Source: Lachnospiraceae bacterium
Lineage (GTDB): Bacteria > Bacillota > Clostridia > Lachnospirales > Lachnospiraceae
Direction of reading: 5' to 3'
Assembly: GCA_045627425.1 (NCBI GenBank)
Contig: JAZQNS010000008.1
Span: forward strand, 5,775-69,774
Length of the DNA stretch: 64,000 nucleotides
Shown: positions 29,232-40,119 of the stretch, one piece after another
Layout of the letters: each line of letters begins with the position of its first letter
Numbering within the stretch: position 1 is the first letter of the stretch
Translations under genes and position numbers: made by a program
The notes under the pieces: generated by a model
The model's database searches: none
Seen by the model: the letters and a program-made list of their open reading frames with translations, nothing else
What the model was told of the DNA's origin: nothing

Positions 29232-29981
29232 TTAAAGCAATGCCAGATACTCTGTTATAAGCCATTCTCCGAAAAATAGGCTTGTCATAACCCCCGCTGA
29301 TAGATAAGGTCCCATGGCTAGAACATGATCCTCATTGCTAACTTTCATTCGTATAAGATGTATGACTGCGCCATAAATGCAGCCCAGGAAAAAGGAAAGG
29401 ATTACTAACTCCCATCCAAGGTAGAGACCGCATACCGCCATCAGCTTAACATCGCCGCCGCCAATTGCGCGGCCCTTGGACAAAAGCTGTAACAAAAACA
29501 GAACAAGACTTACCGCCAGAAATCCAATCAGACAATTCTTAAGGTCATAGGGCTTAAGAATTAGTTTAACGATTCCTAGCAGTAAGATCATTCCATTTAT
29601 CCCTATTGGAATCTCGTATGTCCTGAAATCTATTATGCTGAGCACTAGTAAACTCGAAAACAGAAAACAGTCTAAGCATGATTCAAGCTTAAAACCACGC
29701 AGGGCAAAAATAGCCACATATACGATTCCATTTACTGCCTCAATAATAGGGTACTGAGGACTGATCTTTCTCTTACACTTTCTACATTTTCCCCCCAAGA
29801 GGATATAACTAAAAAGGGGGATTAAATCATACCAGGATAGCTGATACCCGCAATGGGTACAATGGGATGGTACAGTAACTATGGATTCCTTTTCTGGTAT
29901 TCTAAGAATACAGACATTGAGAAAACTGCCTATTACTATGCCAAATAGAAAAATTGTAATGTATACAGGTATCAGCTCCAT
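29232..29981 (-). CDS. pilD: prepilin peptidase (A24 family) PilD
   Basis: It is polytopic, with an N-terminal Cys box (CTHCGYQL...CRKCKRK) and a GGGDVKL aspartyl motif. Confidence 0.9.
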   Translation of the reverse strand: MELIPVYITIFLFGIVIGSFLNVCILRIPEKESIVTVPSHCTHCGYQLSWYDLIPLFSYILLGGKCRKCKRKISPQYPIIEAVNGIVYVAIFALRGFKLESCLDCFLFSSLLVLSIIDFRTYEIPIGINGMILLLGIVKLILKPYDLKNCLIGFLAVSLVLFLLQLLSKGRAIGGGDVKLMAVCGLYLGWELVILSFFLGCIYGAVIHLIRMKVSNEDHVLAMGPYLSAGVMTSLFFGEWLITEYLALL

Positions 29982-29997
29982 AAAAAACTCCTATTAA

Positions 29998-30435
29998 TTA
30001 GTTGCCTGCAAGGTTATAGGTCTTGCCATCATAGGTTGCTGTTCCAGAAATTGTTACAGTACCATCTGTGTTAAACTTCAAGGAAGCACTTGACCACTTG
30101 CTGGACTGGATTGAGAATGTAAAGTTTTCTCCATCCTTAGCAAGGTTAGCGTTTACAAGTGCTGCATGGATCTTGCTGTCCTTATCTACAGTAACTGTAC
30201 CCTTTGTAATAGTTATGGACTCCACAGCCTTTGGAAGTTCTCCAGAATCAACCACATATGTCTCAATTGCAGTCTTAATCTGCTGGCACTGCTCGATGTC
30301 AGAGGAAATTCTTGATCTCTCAACATACTTTGTAAACTGTGGTGCTAAAATACCAACTAATACAGCCATAATAGCAATAACTACAATTAACTCTACTAAA
30401 GAGAAACCTGCATTATTCTTCATGCTCTTCTTCAT
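29998..30435 (-). CDS. pilA: major type IV pilin PilA-like
   Basis: The ATG at 30435 gives MKKSMKNNAG/FSLVELIVVIAIMAVLVGILAPQF. The RBS AAAGGAG lies upstream. The length is 145 aa and the position between pilC and pilD fits. Confidence 0.85.
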   Translation of the reverse strand: MKKSMKNNAGFSLVELIVVIAIMAVLVGILAPQFTKYVERSRISSDIEQCQQIKTAIETYVVDSGELPKAVESITITKGTVTVDKDSKIHAALVNANLAKDGENFTFSIQSSKWSSASLKFNTDGTVTISGTATYDGKTYNLAGN

Positions 30436-30500
30436 TTGAAATACTCCTTTGCTTATATACATATTTATCTAAATTCCTCCCTATAGGAACTTAAACCTGA

Positions 30501-31715
30501 TTAAAGTGCATCCATCTGCCCGTAGAGAGCCAGCATTGCACTCATAATTGCGGCAATAAGTATGCCTACAATAACTGCCAGTACAAGAATAATCATTGGC
30601 TCAAGAGCTGCCATGGCAGTCTCTGTGGATATCTCAACTTCCTCCTCGTAATACTCAGCCAGTCTGTTTAACATACCCTCAAGATCGCCTGTCTCCTCTC
30701 CAATGTTAACCATATGGGTAACCATTGGCGGGAATATTTCGGAATCTTTAAGGGGCTCTGACAGGCCTACACCCTTTGAAACCTCATCCTTGGCTTTTAG
30801 TACAGCCTTCTCAAAGAGATAGTTAGACATTGTAGTTGCTGTTATGCCAAGAGCTTCTATCATCGGAAGACCTGAAATAATTAAGGTTGATAAGGTTCTT
30901 GCAAAGGAAGCTGACTGGGATTTAACAATAAGCTTACCAAAGAAAGGTGCCTTTATGCCAAGTTCTCCAAAAAAGCTTTTGCCTGATTCTGTTGTCTTAT
31001 AGACACTAACAAAAGCAATAAAGGCAAATAAAACTATAAATAGTGCCGGCCAGTAATTGATTACGAAATTCGAAAGGGCAACTACCGCCTTAGTCATTGC
31101 TGGCAGTTCTCCTCCCAGCTCGTCAAACATTGACTGATATGACGGGATTACCTTAACTAACATAACAACTACAACCACAACCGAAACAATGGCCACTATG
31201 ATTGGATAGATAGCTGCCTTCCTCACAATTCCCTTGATATGAGCGGATTTCTCAAAATGAATAGACATTCTCTCAAAGGCCACATCAAGCTTACCGGAAG
31301 CTTCTCCTGCCGCCACCATTGATACCATAACGTGAGGAAAGACATCCGGATACTTTCTAAGTGAATCCGCTAAGGTTTCACCCTTCTGAATCTCAGCATG
31401 AACTCCCTTTATAGCCTTGGCCATAGCCCTGTTCTCGGTCTGTTCTGCCAGCATATTTAAGGCATCAAGGATAGTTACTCCGGCATTAACCATAGCTATA
31501 AACTGTCTGCAAAAAATAGACAGGTCTCTCGCCTTAACGGCTTTGCCAATGTTTATGCTAATGTCCTTTGTCAGGATGGTTGCCTCGTCAATAGATACAA
31601 CCATGTTGCCCTCGTTTTTTAATTTGCTAGAGGCATCCTTATAGGACTGTGCCGTCAGAGTACCCTTTTTTTCTTTGCCATCAGGGTCAATGACCAGATA
31701 TTTATAATCCGGCAT
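30501..31715 (-). CDS. pilC: type IV pilus platform protein PilC (GspF family)
   Basis: The 404-aa ORF has two T2SSF repeats and three TM segments. Confidence 0.9.
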   Translation of the reverse strand: MPDYKYLVIDPDGKEKKGTLTAQSYKDASSKLKNEGNMVVSIDEATILTKDISINIGKAVKARDLSIFCRQFIAMVNAGVTILDALNMLAEQTENRAMAKAIKGVHAEIQKGETLADSLRKYPDVFPHVMVSMVAAGEASGKLDVAFERMSIHFEKSAHIKGIVRKAAIYPIIVAIVSVVVVVVMLVKVIPSYQSMFDELGGELPAMTKAVVALSNFVINYWPALFIVLFAFIAFVSVYKTTESGKSFFGELGIKAPFFGKLIVKSQSASFARTLSTLIISGLPMIEALGITATTMSNYLFEKAVLKAKDEVSKGVGLSEPLKDSEIFPPMVTHMVNIGEETGDLEGMLNRLAEYYEEEVEISTETAMAALEPMIILVLAVIVGILIAAIMSAMLALYGQMDAL

Positions 31716-31723
31716 AATTCCTC

Positions 31724-32779
31724 CTACATTTCAAGGCGAGTCTTCATCGCCTCTGTATTTAAAGCTCTGTTTTCTGCTGTTTCCCTATTAATTGCTCCCT
31801 TGATAAATAACTCATAAATAAAGTCATCCATGGTCTGCATGCCCTCTCGCCTGCTGGTCTGAATAATGGATGGAAGCTGGAAAGCCTTACCCTCCCTGAT
31901 AAGACTCCTAACGGCAGGGTTTGCTAGCATAACCTCAAAGGCTGCCACTCTTCCATCAGTGTCACATCTAGGCAAAAGCTGCTGTGCAATAATTCCTTCA
32001 ATAACTCCGGCAAGCTGAACTCTGATTTGCTGCTGCTGGTGTGGCGGGAATACATCAATCATTCTGTCAACCGCATCTGATGCCGAGTTGGTATGAAGGG
32101 TTGAGAAAACAAGATGACCTGTCTCAGCAGCTGTAATTGCCGTGGAGATGGTCTCTAAGTCTCTCATCTCACCAACCAATATAACATCAGGATCCTGTCT
32201 TAATGCTGCCCTTAGAGCCTTGGCATAGCTGCCTGTATCTCCACCAATCTCCCTCTGTGAAACAATGGATTTCTTGTTGGAATGAAGATACTCAATTGGG
32301 TCCTCTATGGTAATTATGTTTTTTGCATCTCTTCTTGCAATAATATCAATCAGACTTGCAAGGGTAGTGGACTTACCTGAACCGGTAGCTCCAGTTACCA
32401 ATACAAGTCCCCTTCTCTTGTTAGTTAGTTCAACTACTGCCTTTGGAATACCTAAAACCTCAGGCCCTGGAACATCATAAGACAAAATACGGAGGGCCGC
32501 CGCATAGGTACCTCTCTGCCTGAACATATTGGCACGCACTCTGGAAAAACCTGGTATGGAAAAGGCAAAATCCAACTCGCCCTCCCTGCCAAGTTCCTCT
32601 TTCTGCTCCTCTGATAAAAGAGGTTCCATCATTTCCTCAACCTCGTGAGGCAGGATATTTGTATCTGTCTGTGCTTCTAAAGTTCCATCAATTCTAAGAC
32701 TAACCGCATTGCCAGGAGCTATGTGAATGTCTGAGGCATTCTTCTCCTTGGCTAACTGTAATACTTCCTGTATTGTCAT
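31724..32779 (-). CDS. pilT: twitching-motility retraction ATPase PilT
   Basis: The 351-aa ORF shows ASDIHI, Walker A GATGSGKST, ITIEDPIE, LVGEMRD, AETGHLVFSTLHT and DVFPPHQQQQIR. Confidence 0.9.
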   Translation of the reverse strand: MTIQEVLQLAKEKNASDIHIAPGNAVSLRIDGTLEAQTDTNILPHEVEEMMEPLLSEEQKEELGREGELDFAFSIPGFSRVRANMFRQRGTYAAALRILSYDVPGPEVLGIPKAVVELTNKRRGLVLVTGATGSGKSTTLASLIDIIARRDAKNIITIEDPIEYLHSNKKSIVSQREIGGDTGSYAKALRAALRQDPDVILVGEMRDLETISTAITAAETGHLVFSTLHTNSASDAVDRMIDVFPPHQQQQIRVQLAGVIEGIIAQQLLPRCDTDGRVAAFEVMLANPAVRSLIREGKAFQLPSIIQTSRREGMQTMDDFIYELFIKGAINRETAENRALNTEAMKTRLEM

Positions 32780-32784
32780 TAGGC

Positions 32785-34506
32785 TTACTCTCCCTCATTA
32801 AAGTAGGTAACTCTCATCATTTCCTTGTAGGATGTTTTTCCTTTAAGCACGAGCCTTCTTGCTGACTCTCTAAGAGTATGCATACCTTCCTGCTCTGCAA
32901 CTATCTTTAACTCGTCCGCAGTTGCTCCACTGTTAATCATGGCTTTTATTCTAGGGGTTACTGTCATTATTTCGTAGATACCTGTTCGGCCAATGTAGCC
33001 AGCACCGTCACAATTAGGGCAGCCACCCTTTTTCGCTCTATATATGGTAGGCATATCTCCATCCATAATTTCAAGCATTCTTTTTTCGTCGTCATCCGGG
33101 CTGTAAGCCTCCTTACAGTCATCGCAAAGGGTTCTTACAAGTCTTTGTGCCATGATTCCAATCAAGGAATCAGCCAGCAAATATCTCTCCACTCCCATAT
33201 CTACAAGTCTGGCAAGGGTTGCCGTGGAGGAGTTGGTATGTAAAGTAGAAACAACAAGATGGCCTGTTATGGAAGCCTGAACTGCAATCTGGGCTGTCTC
33301 TCCATCTCGGATTTCTCCAATCATAATAATGTCAGGATCCTGTCTAAGAATTGAACGGAGGGCTGTGGCGAAGGTTAAATCAGCCTTCGGATTAACCTGA
33401 ACCTGATTAACACCATCAATATTAGCCTCCACAGGATCTTCGACTGTTACAATATTTACTTCATCTCTGTTAAGCTCAGATAATGCTGTATAAAGAGTGG
33501 TAGATTTTCCTGAACCTGTAGGACCGGTAACTAAGAAAATACCATTTGTATTCTTTAGTATTGCGTCAAACTGCTTAAGTTCATCATCTGCAAAGCCAAG
33601 GCTGGCCTTATCTCTTGTGAGAGCCTTCTTCTGGGCCAGACGCATTACACACTTTTCACCATATACCGTAGGCAAAATCGAAACTCGGATATCGTACTCA
33701 ACCAAGTTAATAACCTTGGTAATACGACCATCCTGTGGTTTTCTCTTTTCGGAGATATCCATACCTCCTATAATCTTAAGTCTTGTGATTATAGCTGGCA
33801 GTAAAGAAATCTTGTGGGTAAACTTGTCAAATAAAACACCGTCAATTCTAAAGCGAACGCGAACTCTGTTTTCTAAAGCCTCAATGTGAATATCTGAAGC
33901 CCTCTGTCTGGCTGCCTGCTCTATCATGGAATCCACAAGCTGTACAATTGGAGAGTTCTGAACCTCCTTATCAAGGGCAGCACCCTCTTCCATTGCTGCA
34001 GCCATGATCTGTTCCCTCTCCTTTGCATACTCATTGGCAGCTGAAACAGCCTCGGTGTTACCGTAATTCTTATCTATGGCAAGGAGAATGTCTCTTGTGG
34101 TGGAAACAACTGGCGATACCTGAAGATTAGTAATGATGGAAAAATCATCGATAGCCAGCATGTCCATTGGATCCGCCATTGCCACATAAACAAGATTGGC
34201 ATTTTCCTCGTCCTGCTTATATGGAAACATAATATGCTTACGGAGAGTAATCTCATCAATAATTGAAGATAATTCCTCGTCTATTACAACATTAGCAACC
34301 TCAACATATTCGAGGTGGAGCTGAGATGCCAAGGCCCTTGCAATACCTTCCTCTGTGGTAAAGCCCATCTCAACAAGGTTCTCGCCAAGTTTTTTCTGAT
34401 TCTCTCTTCCTCTTGTCAGTGCCTGTACAAGCTGGTCCTCATTGATAGCAGAAGCCTCAATAAGAATATCTCCAAGCCTCTTTTTACGATTACGATAAAA
34501 TGCCAT
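32785..34506 (-). CDS. pilB: type IV pilus assembly (extension) ATPase PilB/GspE family
   Basis: The N-terminal T2SSE_N domain, Walker A GPTGSGKST, VEDPVE, GEIRD and the tetracysteine CDDC...CPNC are present. Confidence 0.92.
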   Translation of the reverse strand: MAFYRNRKKRLGDILIEASAINEDQLVQALTRGRENQKKLGENLVEMGFTTEEGIARALASQLHLEYVEVANVVIDEELSSIIDEITLRKHIMFPYKQDEENANLVYVAMADPMDMLAIDDFSIITNLQVSPVVSTTRDILLAIDKNYGNTEAVSAANEYAKEREQIMAAAMEEGAALDKEVQNSPIVQLVDSMIEQAARQRASDIHIEALENRVRVRFRIDGVLFDKFTHKISLLPAIITRLKIIGGMDISEKRKPQDGRITKVINLVEYDIRVSILPTVYGEKCVMRLAQKKALTRDKASLGFADDELKQFDAILKNTNGIFLVTGPTGSGKSTTLYTALSELNRDEVNIVTVEDPVEANIDGVNQVQVNPKADLTFATALRSILRQDPDIIMIGEIRDGETAQIAVQASITGHLVVSTLHTNSSTATLARLVDMGVERYLLADSLIGIMAQRLVRTLCDDCKEAYSPDDDEKRMLEIMDGDMPTIYRAKKGGCPNCDGAGYIGRTGIYEIMTVTPRIKAMINSGATADELKIVAEQEGMHTLRESARRLVLKGKTSYKEMMRVTYFNEGE

Positions 34507-34554
34507 TTTTGCGCCCTCACAAATTGATACAATAATCTGATTAAATTGTATAAT

Positions 34555-34583
34555 TTCGAAAAATAATAGTCAATTAAAGCAAT
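34555..34583 (-). promoter_or_regulatory. sigma-A type promoter of the pilus operon
   Basis: On the minus strand, TTGACT (34583-34578), a 17-nt spacer, then TACAAT (34560-34555). It lies ~45 nt upstream of the pilB ATG and directly after the upstream terminator. Confidence 0.6.
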
Positions 34584-34590
34584 AAAAAAA

Positions 34591-34626
34591 CACCCAAAAT
34601 CCATAAGATTTCGGGTATTTTACACA
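34591..34626 (-). terminator. intrinsic terminator after the J-domain gene
   Basis: The minus-strand stem ACCCGAAAT/ATTTTGGGT has one G:U pair and is followed by GTTTTTTTATT. It starts 3 nt after the stop codon. Confidence 0.7.
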
Positions 34627-34628
34627 AT

Positions 34629-35135
34629 TTAGTATCTATTTCTGAATTGGTCCTTCAAAAGCTCAAATTCTTCGCTTATTTTTTGAACCGCTGCGGTATC
34701 TCCAGCAAGATTATCTGGATGATAAATCTTCATAAGATCCTTGTATCTTTTCTTTAGTGCCAACTCATTGGTTACACCCTGGAAAAGAAGGCTACAGTTT
34801 ATGCTACCATTATCGGAGCCCTGTATGCTATTCTCAAATTCGTGAAGCTTTATGTTAAATTCAGTTCTTTCATTAGCAAGATTGGCAATCTCAGATTCAA
34901 GTAATCTCCACTTCATAGCGAAGAGGTCCTTCTCTCTCTGCTCACGCTGTCTCTCAAGTTCGACTCTTCTATGGAAGTCACGAAGGTCAGCTTCAAGCTG
35001 TCTTCTACGTGAATCTACGTCTTCCCTTTCCTGTCGAAGCTCTTCTTTAGCTTTTTCAAGTTCCACCGTGTCCTGAAGGAGCCACTGAGCTACCATCTGC
35101 TGCTGTTCTTCCGCTCTGTATATAGGCTGATCCAT
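34629..35135 (-). CDS. coiled-coil protein with a C-terminal J domain (HPD motif)
   Basis: The 168-aa ORF has a charged heptad-like N-terminal part (ELEKAKEELRQEREDVDSRRRQLEADLRDF...). The C-terminus LFQGVTNELALKKRYKDLMKIYHPDN..AVQKISEEFELLKD aligns by eye with the DnaJ N-terminus in this same window. Confidence 0.75.
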   Translation of the reverse strand: MDQPIYRAEEQQQMVAQWLLQDTVELEKAKEELRQEREDVDSRRRQLEADLRDFHRRVELERQREQREKDLFAMKWRLLESEIANLANERTEFNIKLHEFENSIQGSDNGSINCSLLFQGVTNELALKKRYKDLMKIYHPDNLAGDTAAVQKISEEFELLKDQFRNRY

Positions 35136-35255
35136 ATCATCACATCCTTAGTATATTCTGTGGGTAATGAGGTCTTTGTTACCAAGACAGTATACAACAT
35201 ATAGTAGTTACAAATCAAGCCTACACGAAATATTCTAAATATTCATTATATTCTG

Positions 35256-36422
35256 TTAAAGGCCAAAATAGCCCTTCTTTTTCTTTTTGCCCTTATCTCC
35301 CTGGCTTTCAGGATCCAAAGAATTACCTGTGGCCTTATCAAAGGCAATAAGTGCATCCTTAGCTTCGTTGGAAAGCTTGGTAGGAACCTCCACAATAAGG
35401 GTGACATACTGGTCGCCTCTATAACTGCTGTCTCTAAGGGATGGCACTCCCTTACCCTTAAGTCTGATTCTGGTGTCAGTCTGGGTGCCTGGCTTAACAT
35501 CGTAAGCAACCTCTCCATCAACAGTTTTAATTCGGAGCTCTCCACCAAGAGCTGCAATGGCATAGCTCATTTTAGCTGTGGAGAAGATATCCATATCTCT
35601 TCTTGCAAATTCTGGATGTGGAGAAACAGAAACCTGAACCATAAGGTCGCCTCTCTCGCCTCCCTTAGTACCAGGTTCGCCCTTGCCCTTGATACGAATG
35701 GACTGTCCATCATCAATTCCGGCAGGAATATCAACCTTGATTCGCTTCTTGTTAGATACGTAACCTGTACCTCTACAGTCTGGGCACTTATCCTTAATAA
35801 TCTGTCCACTACCATTACAATCAGGGCAATCGGATACTGACTGGAAAGAACCCATAAAGGAGCGCTGAACAGTTACAACTCTTCCTTTACCTCCACAGTG
35901 GCTACAGGTTTCAGGCTTAGTTCCCGCCTTGGCTCCAGTGCCGCCACAGCTTGTACATTCATCTTTCAAGCTTATCTCAAGTTCCCTTGAGCATCCAAAA
36001 ACGGCCTCCTCAAAGGATATTCTGATACCCGCTCTTAAGTTGGCACCGCGTCTTGGTCCATTACTAGACCTTCCTCTGCCGCCTCCAAAGAGATCTCCGA
36101 AGATATCTCCAGCACCGCCTCCAAAAAGGTCCCCAAATATATCGCCAAAGTCCATACCTGAGAAGTCAAAGCCACCTGCGCCGCCAGCACCGCCTTCAAA
36201 GGCTGCGTGACCATACTGATCATATTGACGCTTCTTATCAGCATCAGATAGAACAGCATAGGCCTCTGATGCCTCCTTGAACTTGGCTTCACACTCAGCA
36301 TCACCTGGATGCATGTCTGGATGGTACTGTTTTGCCAGTTTTCTGTATGCCTTTTTTATTTCATCATCTGAGGCACCCTTGTTTACGCCAAGTACCTCAT
36401 AGTAATCTCTCTTGTCTGCCAT
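35256..36422 (-). CDS. dnaJ: molecular chaperone DnaJ
   Basis: It has a J domain (YHPD), a G/F region, four CxxCxGxG zinc-finger repeats and a C-terminal substrate domain. Confidence 0.97.
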   Translation of the reverse strand: MADKRDYYEVLGVNKGASDDEIKKAYRKLAKQYHPDMHPGDAECEAKFKEASEAYAVLSDADKKRQYDQYGHAAFEGGAGGAGGFDFSGMDFGDIFGDLFGGGAGDIFGDLFGGGRGRSSNGPRRGANLRAGIRISFEEAVFGCSRELEISLKDECTSCGGTGAKAGTKPETCSHCGGKGRVVTVQRSFMGSFQSVSDCPDCNGSGQIIKDKCPDCRGTGYVSNKKRIKVDIPAGIDDGQSIRIKGKGEPGTKGGERGDLMVQVSVSPHPEFARRDMDIFSTAKMSYAIAALGGELRIKTVDGEVAYDVKPGTQTDTRIRLKGKGVPSLRDSSYRGDQYVTLIVEVPTKLSNEAKDALIAFDKATGNSLDPESQGDKGKKKKKGYFGL

Positions 36423-36440
36423 AAATTTCCTTTAATCACA

Positions 36441-36471
36441 GGAAATGGGGCTGCATATGCAACCCCTTTCC
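36441..36471 (-). other. intercistronic stem-loop between dnaK and dnaJ
   Basis: The stem is ~13 bp (ggaaa.ggggctgc / gcaacccctttcc) and pairs better in the sense transcript (G:U). There is no U-tract, so it is probably an mRNA processing or stability element rather than a terminator. Confidence 0.4.
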
Positions 36472-36491
36472 CAATATATGAATTCTAAATC

Positions 36492-38381
<1,890 letters not shown>

Positions 38382-38408
38382 TTATCTGCTCGGTTTCCCG
38401 GGTTATTC

Positions 38409-38987
38409 TTAGTTTGCTACTTTTACCATGCTGTGTCTCACAACAGTGTCATGGTACATATATCCCTTTTGGAATTCCTCGGCAACTATGTTCTCGCCTA
38501 AGGAATCATCCTCAATATGCATTACCGCATCGTGAAGGTCAGGATTAAACTCCTTACCAACAGCCTCTATAGCGGTTACTCCTGTCTGCTCTAAGAGTGT
38601 CATCATCTGCTTGTAAATCTTGTCCATGCCCTCTACGAAGGAATCAGATTTCTGTTCTTCTGGAACTGCATTAAGACCTCTCTCAAAGTTGTCTATTACA
38701 GGAAGGACTTTTTCAATAACTGATTTTGCTCCCATGTCGAACATCTGGGATTTCTCTTTCTCAGTTCTCTTTCTGAAATTGTCGAACTCTGCCATCTGGC
38801 GGGTAACCTTGTCAGTCAGTTCTTCAATCTGCTCGTCCCTTTTATCTTTCTTTTTTTCCTTTTTCTTAAAGGCTTTAGAAGATTTTTTATCTTCTGAAGG
38901 AGTTTTTTCAGTAACCTCTTCGGTAACTTCATCTGTCACTTCTTCGATTACTTCCTCCTCCTGATTCTTTACTTCCTTTTCTTCCAC
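38409..38987 (-). CDS. grpE: nucleotide exchange factor GrpE
   Basis: The C-terminal GrpE core is present (FDNFRKR, FNPDLHDAV). The GTG start at 38987 has a strong RBS, AAGGAGAG. The N-terminus is acidic and low-complexity. Confidence 0.93.
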   Translation of the reverse strand: MEEKEVKNQEEEVIEEVTDEVTEEVTEKTPSEDKKSSKAFKKKEKKKDKRDEQIEELTDKVTRQMAEFDNFRKRTEKEKSQMFDMGAKSVIEKVLPVIDNFERGLNAVPEEQKSDSFVEGMDKIYKQMMTLLEQTGVTAIEAVGKEFNPDLHDAVMHIEDDSLGENIVAEEFQKGYMYHDTVVRHSMVKVAN

Positions 38988-38998
38988 TTTATCTCTCC

Positions 38999-40057
38999 TT
39001 AAGATTCTTTATCTTTAGACTTGTTAAAAGTCACATCTAACTGTTTCTGAAGATTTTTAAGACTACTTAGAACATTCTTATAATCCATTCTCTTAGGCCC
39101 GACAATACCTATGTGACCTGAAAGACCATCTCCCAAATCATAGGTAGCTGTTACAACTGAACAATCCTTCATGGATGGGTGTGCCGACTCATTTCCTATA
39201 TATACCTGAATGCCTGATTCCTTAATCTCATCGTCCATAAGGAAGTCCTTTAATTCCGACTTATCTTCAAATACCGAAAGCAGCTTACCTGCCTGCTCTG
39301 AAGTTGCAAGTTCAGGGTACTTGATTAAGTTAGTGGCTCCTGATGTATAAACCTCTAATTCCTCATCCTCGCTGAAGGCTTCAGCCACTCCGTCGAGGAC
39401 ATCATTTACTATGTCTGAATACTTACCTGACTGCTCCTTCATCTTGGAAATAACTCCCAGATTAATCTCCTCTCTGGACAGGCCATTAAGGGTTGTATTA
39501 AGGAGCATGTTGAGTCTAAGTATTGTATCCTGGTCTATTTCCCGATTTAGTTCAATAATCTTATTTCTGACTATATTGCCCTCCATAACAATAAGGGCTA
39601 CCAGCTTGTTTTCATCGAAGGATGACAGCTGTATGAACTTAACCTTGTTTCTGTTAAGGGATGGTGAGGAAATCATGGTAGCGTACTGAGTGTTGGTTGC
39701 TAATACCTTGACAACCTGCTGTAGTACCTTCTCCATCTTTTCAGTCTTTTCGATTACAAAAGACTCCATCTCCTCGAGTTTCTGATCACTCTGTTCCATA
39801 ATTGCATTTACATAAAAACGGTAACCCTGATCAGTAGGAATTCTTCCGGCAGACGTATGAGGGCTGGTTATATATCCCATATCCTCAAGATCTGACATGA
39901 CGTTTCTAATGGTTGCGGAGGATAACGATGATTCAAGCAGTTTGGAAATAGTTCTTGAACCAACAGGTTCGCCAGTTTCCAAATAGCTTCTGATGATTAG
40001 CATCAGTATGCTATTCTGTCGCTCATTAAGTTTTGGCATATCAAGATCCTTTACCAT
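38999..40057 (-). CDS. hrcA: heat-inducible transcription repressor HrcA
   Basis: A winged-helix N-terminus (RQNSILMLIIRSYLETGEPVGSRTISK) is present. The RBS GGAAGGAG precedes the ATG at 40057. The longer ORF to 40090 would run into the CIRCE operator. Confidence 0.93.
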   Translation of the reverse strand: MVKDLDMPKLNERQNSILMLIIRSYLETGEPVGSRTISKLLESSLSSATIRNVMSDLEDMGYITSPHTSAGRIPTDQGYRFYVNAIMEQSDQKLEEMESFVIEKTEKMEKVLQQVVKVLATNTQYATMISSPSLNRNKVKFIQLSSFDENKLVALIVMEGNIVRNKIIELNREIDQDTILRLNMLLNTTLNGLSREEINLGVISKMKEQSGKYSDIVNDVLDGVAEAFSEDEELEVYTSGATNLIKYPELATSEQAGKLLSVFEDKSELKDFLMDDEIKESGIQVYIGNESAHPSMKDCSVVTATYDLGDGLSGHIGIVGPKRMDYKNVLSSLKNLQKQLDVTFNKSKDKES

Positions 40058-40079
40058 ATGAACTCCTTCCCTTGAGTTG

Positions 40080-40106
40080 TTAGCACTCAATCAATTGGAG
40101 TGCTAA
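40080..40106. promoter_or_regulatory. CIRCE operator (HrcA binding site)
   Basis: The perfect inverted repeat TTAGCACTC-N9-GAGTGCTAA lies between the promoter and the hrcA RBS. Confidence 0.95.
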
Positions 40107-40119
40107 TAGCTACGATTAC

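Noticed and set aside
17668-34583. The pilus cluster could be a recently acquired mobile genomic island.
   Set aside because: I saw no integrase, transposase or recombinase ORF, no flanking tRNA and no direct repeats. Gene packing and codon usage look like the flanks by eye. A quantitative composition analysis is still needed.
34507-34628. I looked for a c-di-GMP riboswitch or another structured leader upstream of pilB, as in C. difficile pilA1.
   Set aside because: The interval is filled by the upstream terminator (34591-34626) and a -35/-10 pair. The predicted leader is only ~45 nt with no conserved helices, too short for a riboswitch.
36072-36146. A tandem duplication lies in the dnaJ G/F region ([11 protein letters not shown] twice).
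   Set aside because: It is real in the sequence, but G/F regions of DnaJ are commonly repetitive low-complexity linkers. It is not a separate feature of interest.
35929-36210. A plus-strand ORF encodes a Pro-rich peptide ([24 protein letters not shown]) with an internal repeat.
   Set aside because: It lies antisense inside dnaJ and mirrors the Gly/Phe-rich repeat region. It has no RBS and is a typical shadow ORF. The same reasoning applies to the other nested or antisense ORFs in the track, for example 2641-2940, 30068-30439, 33497-33889, 38620-38964, 48743-49126 and 61119-61418.
38880-38987. A short periodic repeat lies at the grpE 5' end (EEVIEEVTDEVTEEVTEKT), and I asked whether it is a DNA repeat element.
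   Set aside because: It is in-frame, acidic, low-complexity coding sequence typical of GrpE N-termini. It is not an intergenic repeat or a CRISPR-like array.
40058-40090. The longer hrcA ORF starts at 40090 (MSANNSREGVH...).
   Set aside because: The extension overlaps the CIRCE inverted repeat (40080-40106) and has no RBS. The ATG at 40057 has GGAAGGAG and gives the conserved HrcA N-terminus.
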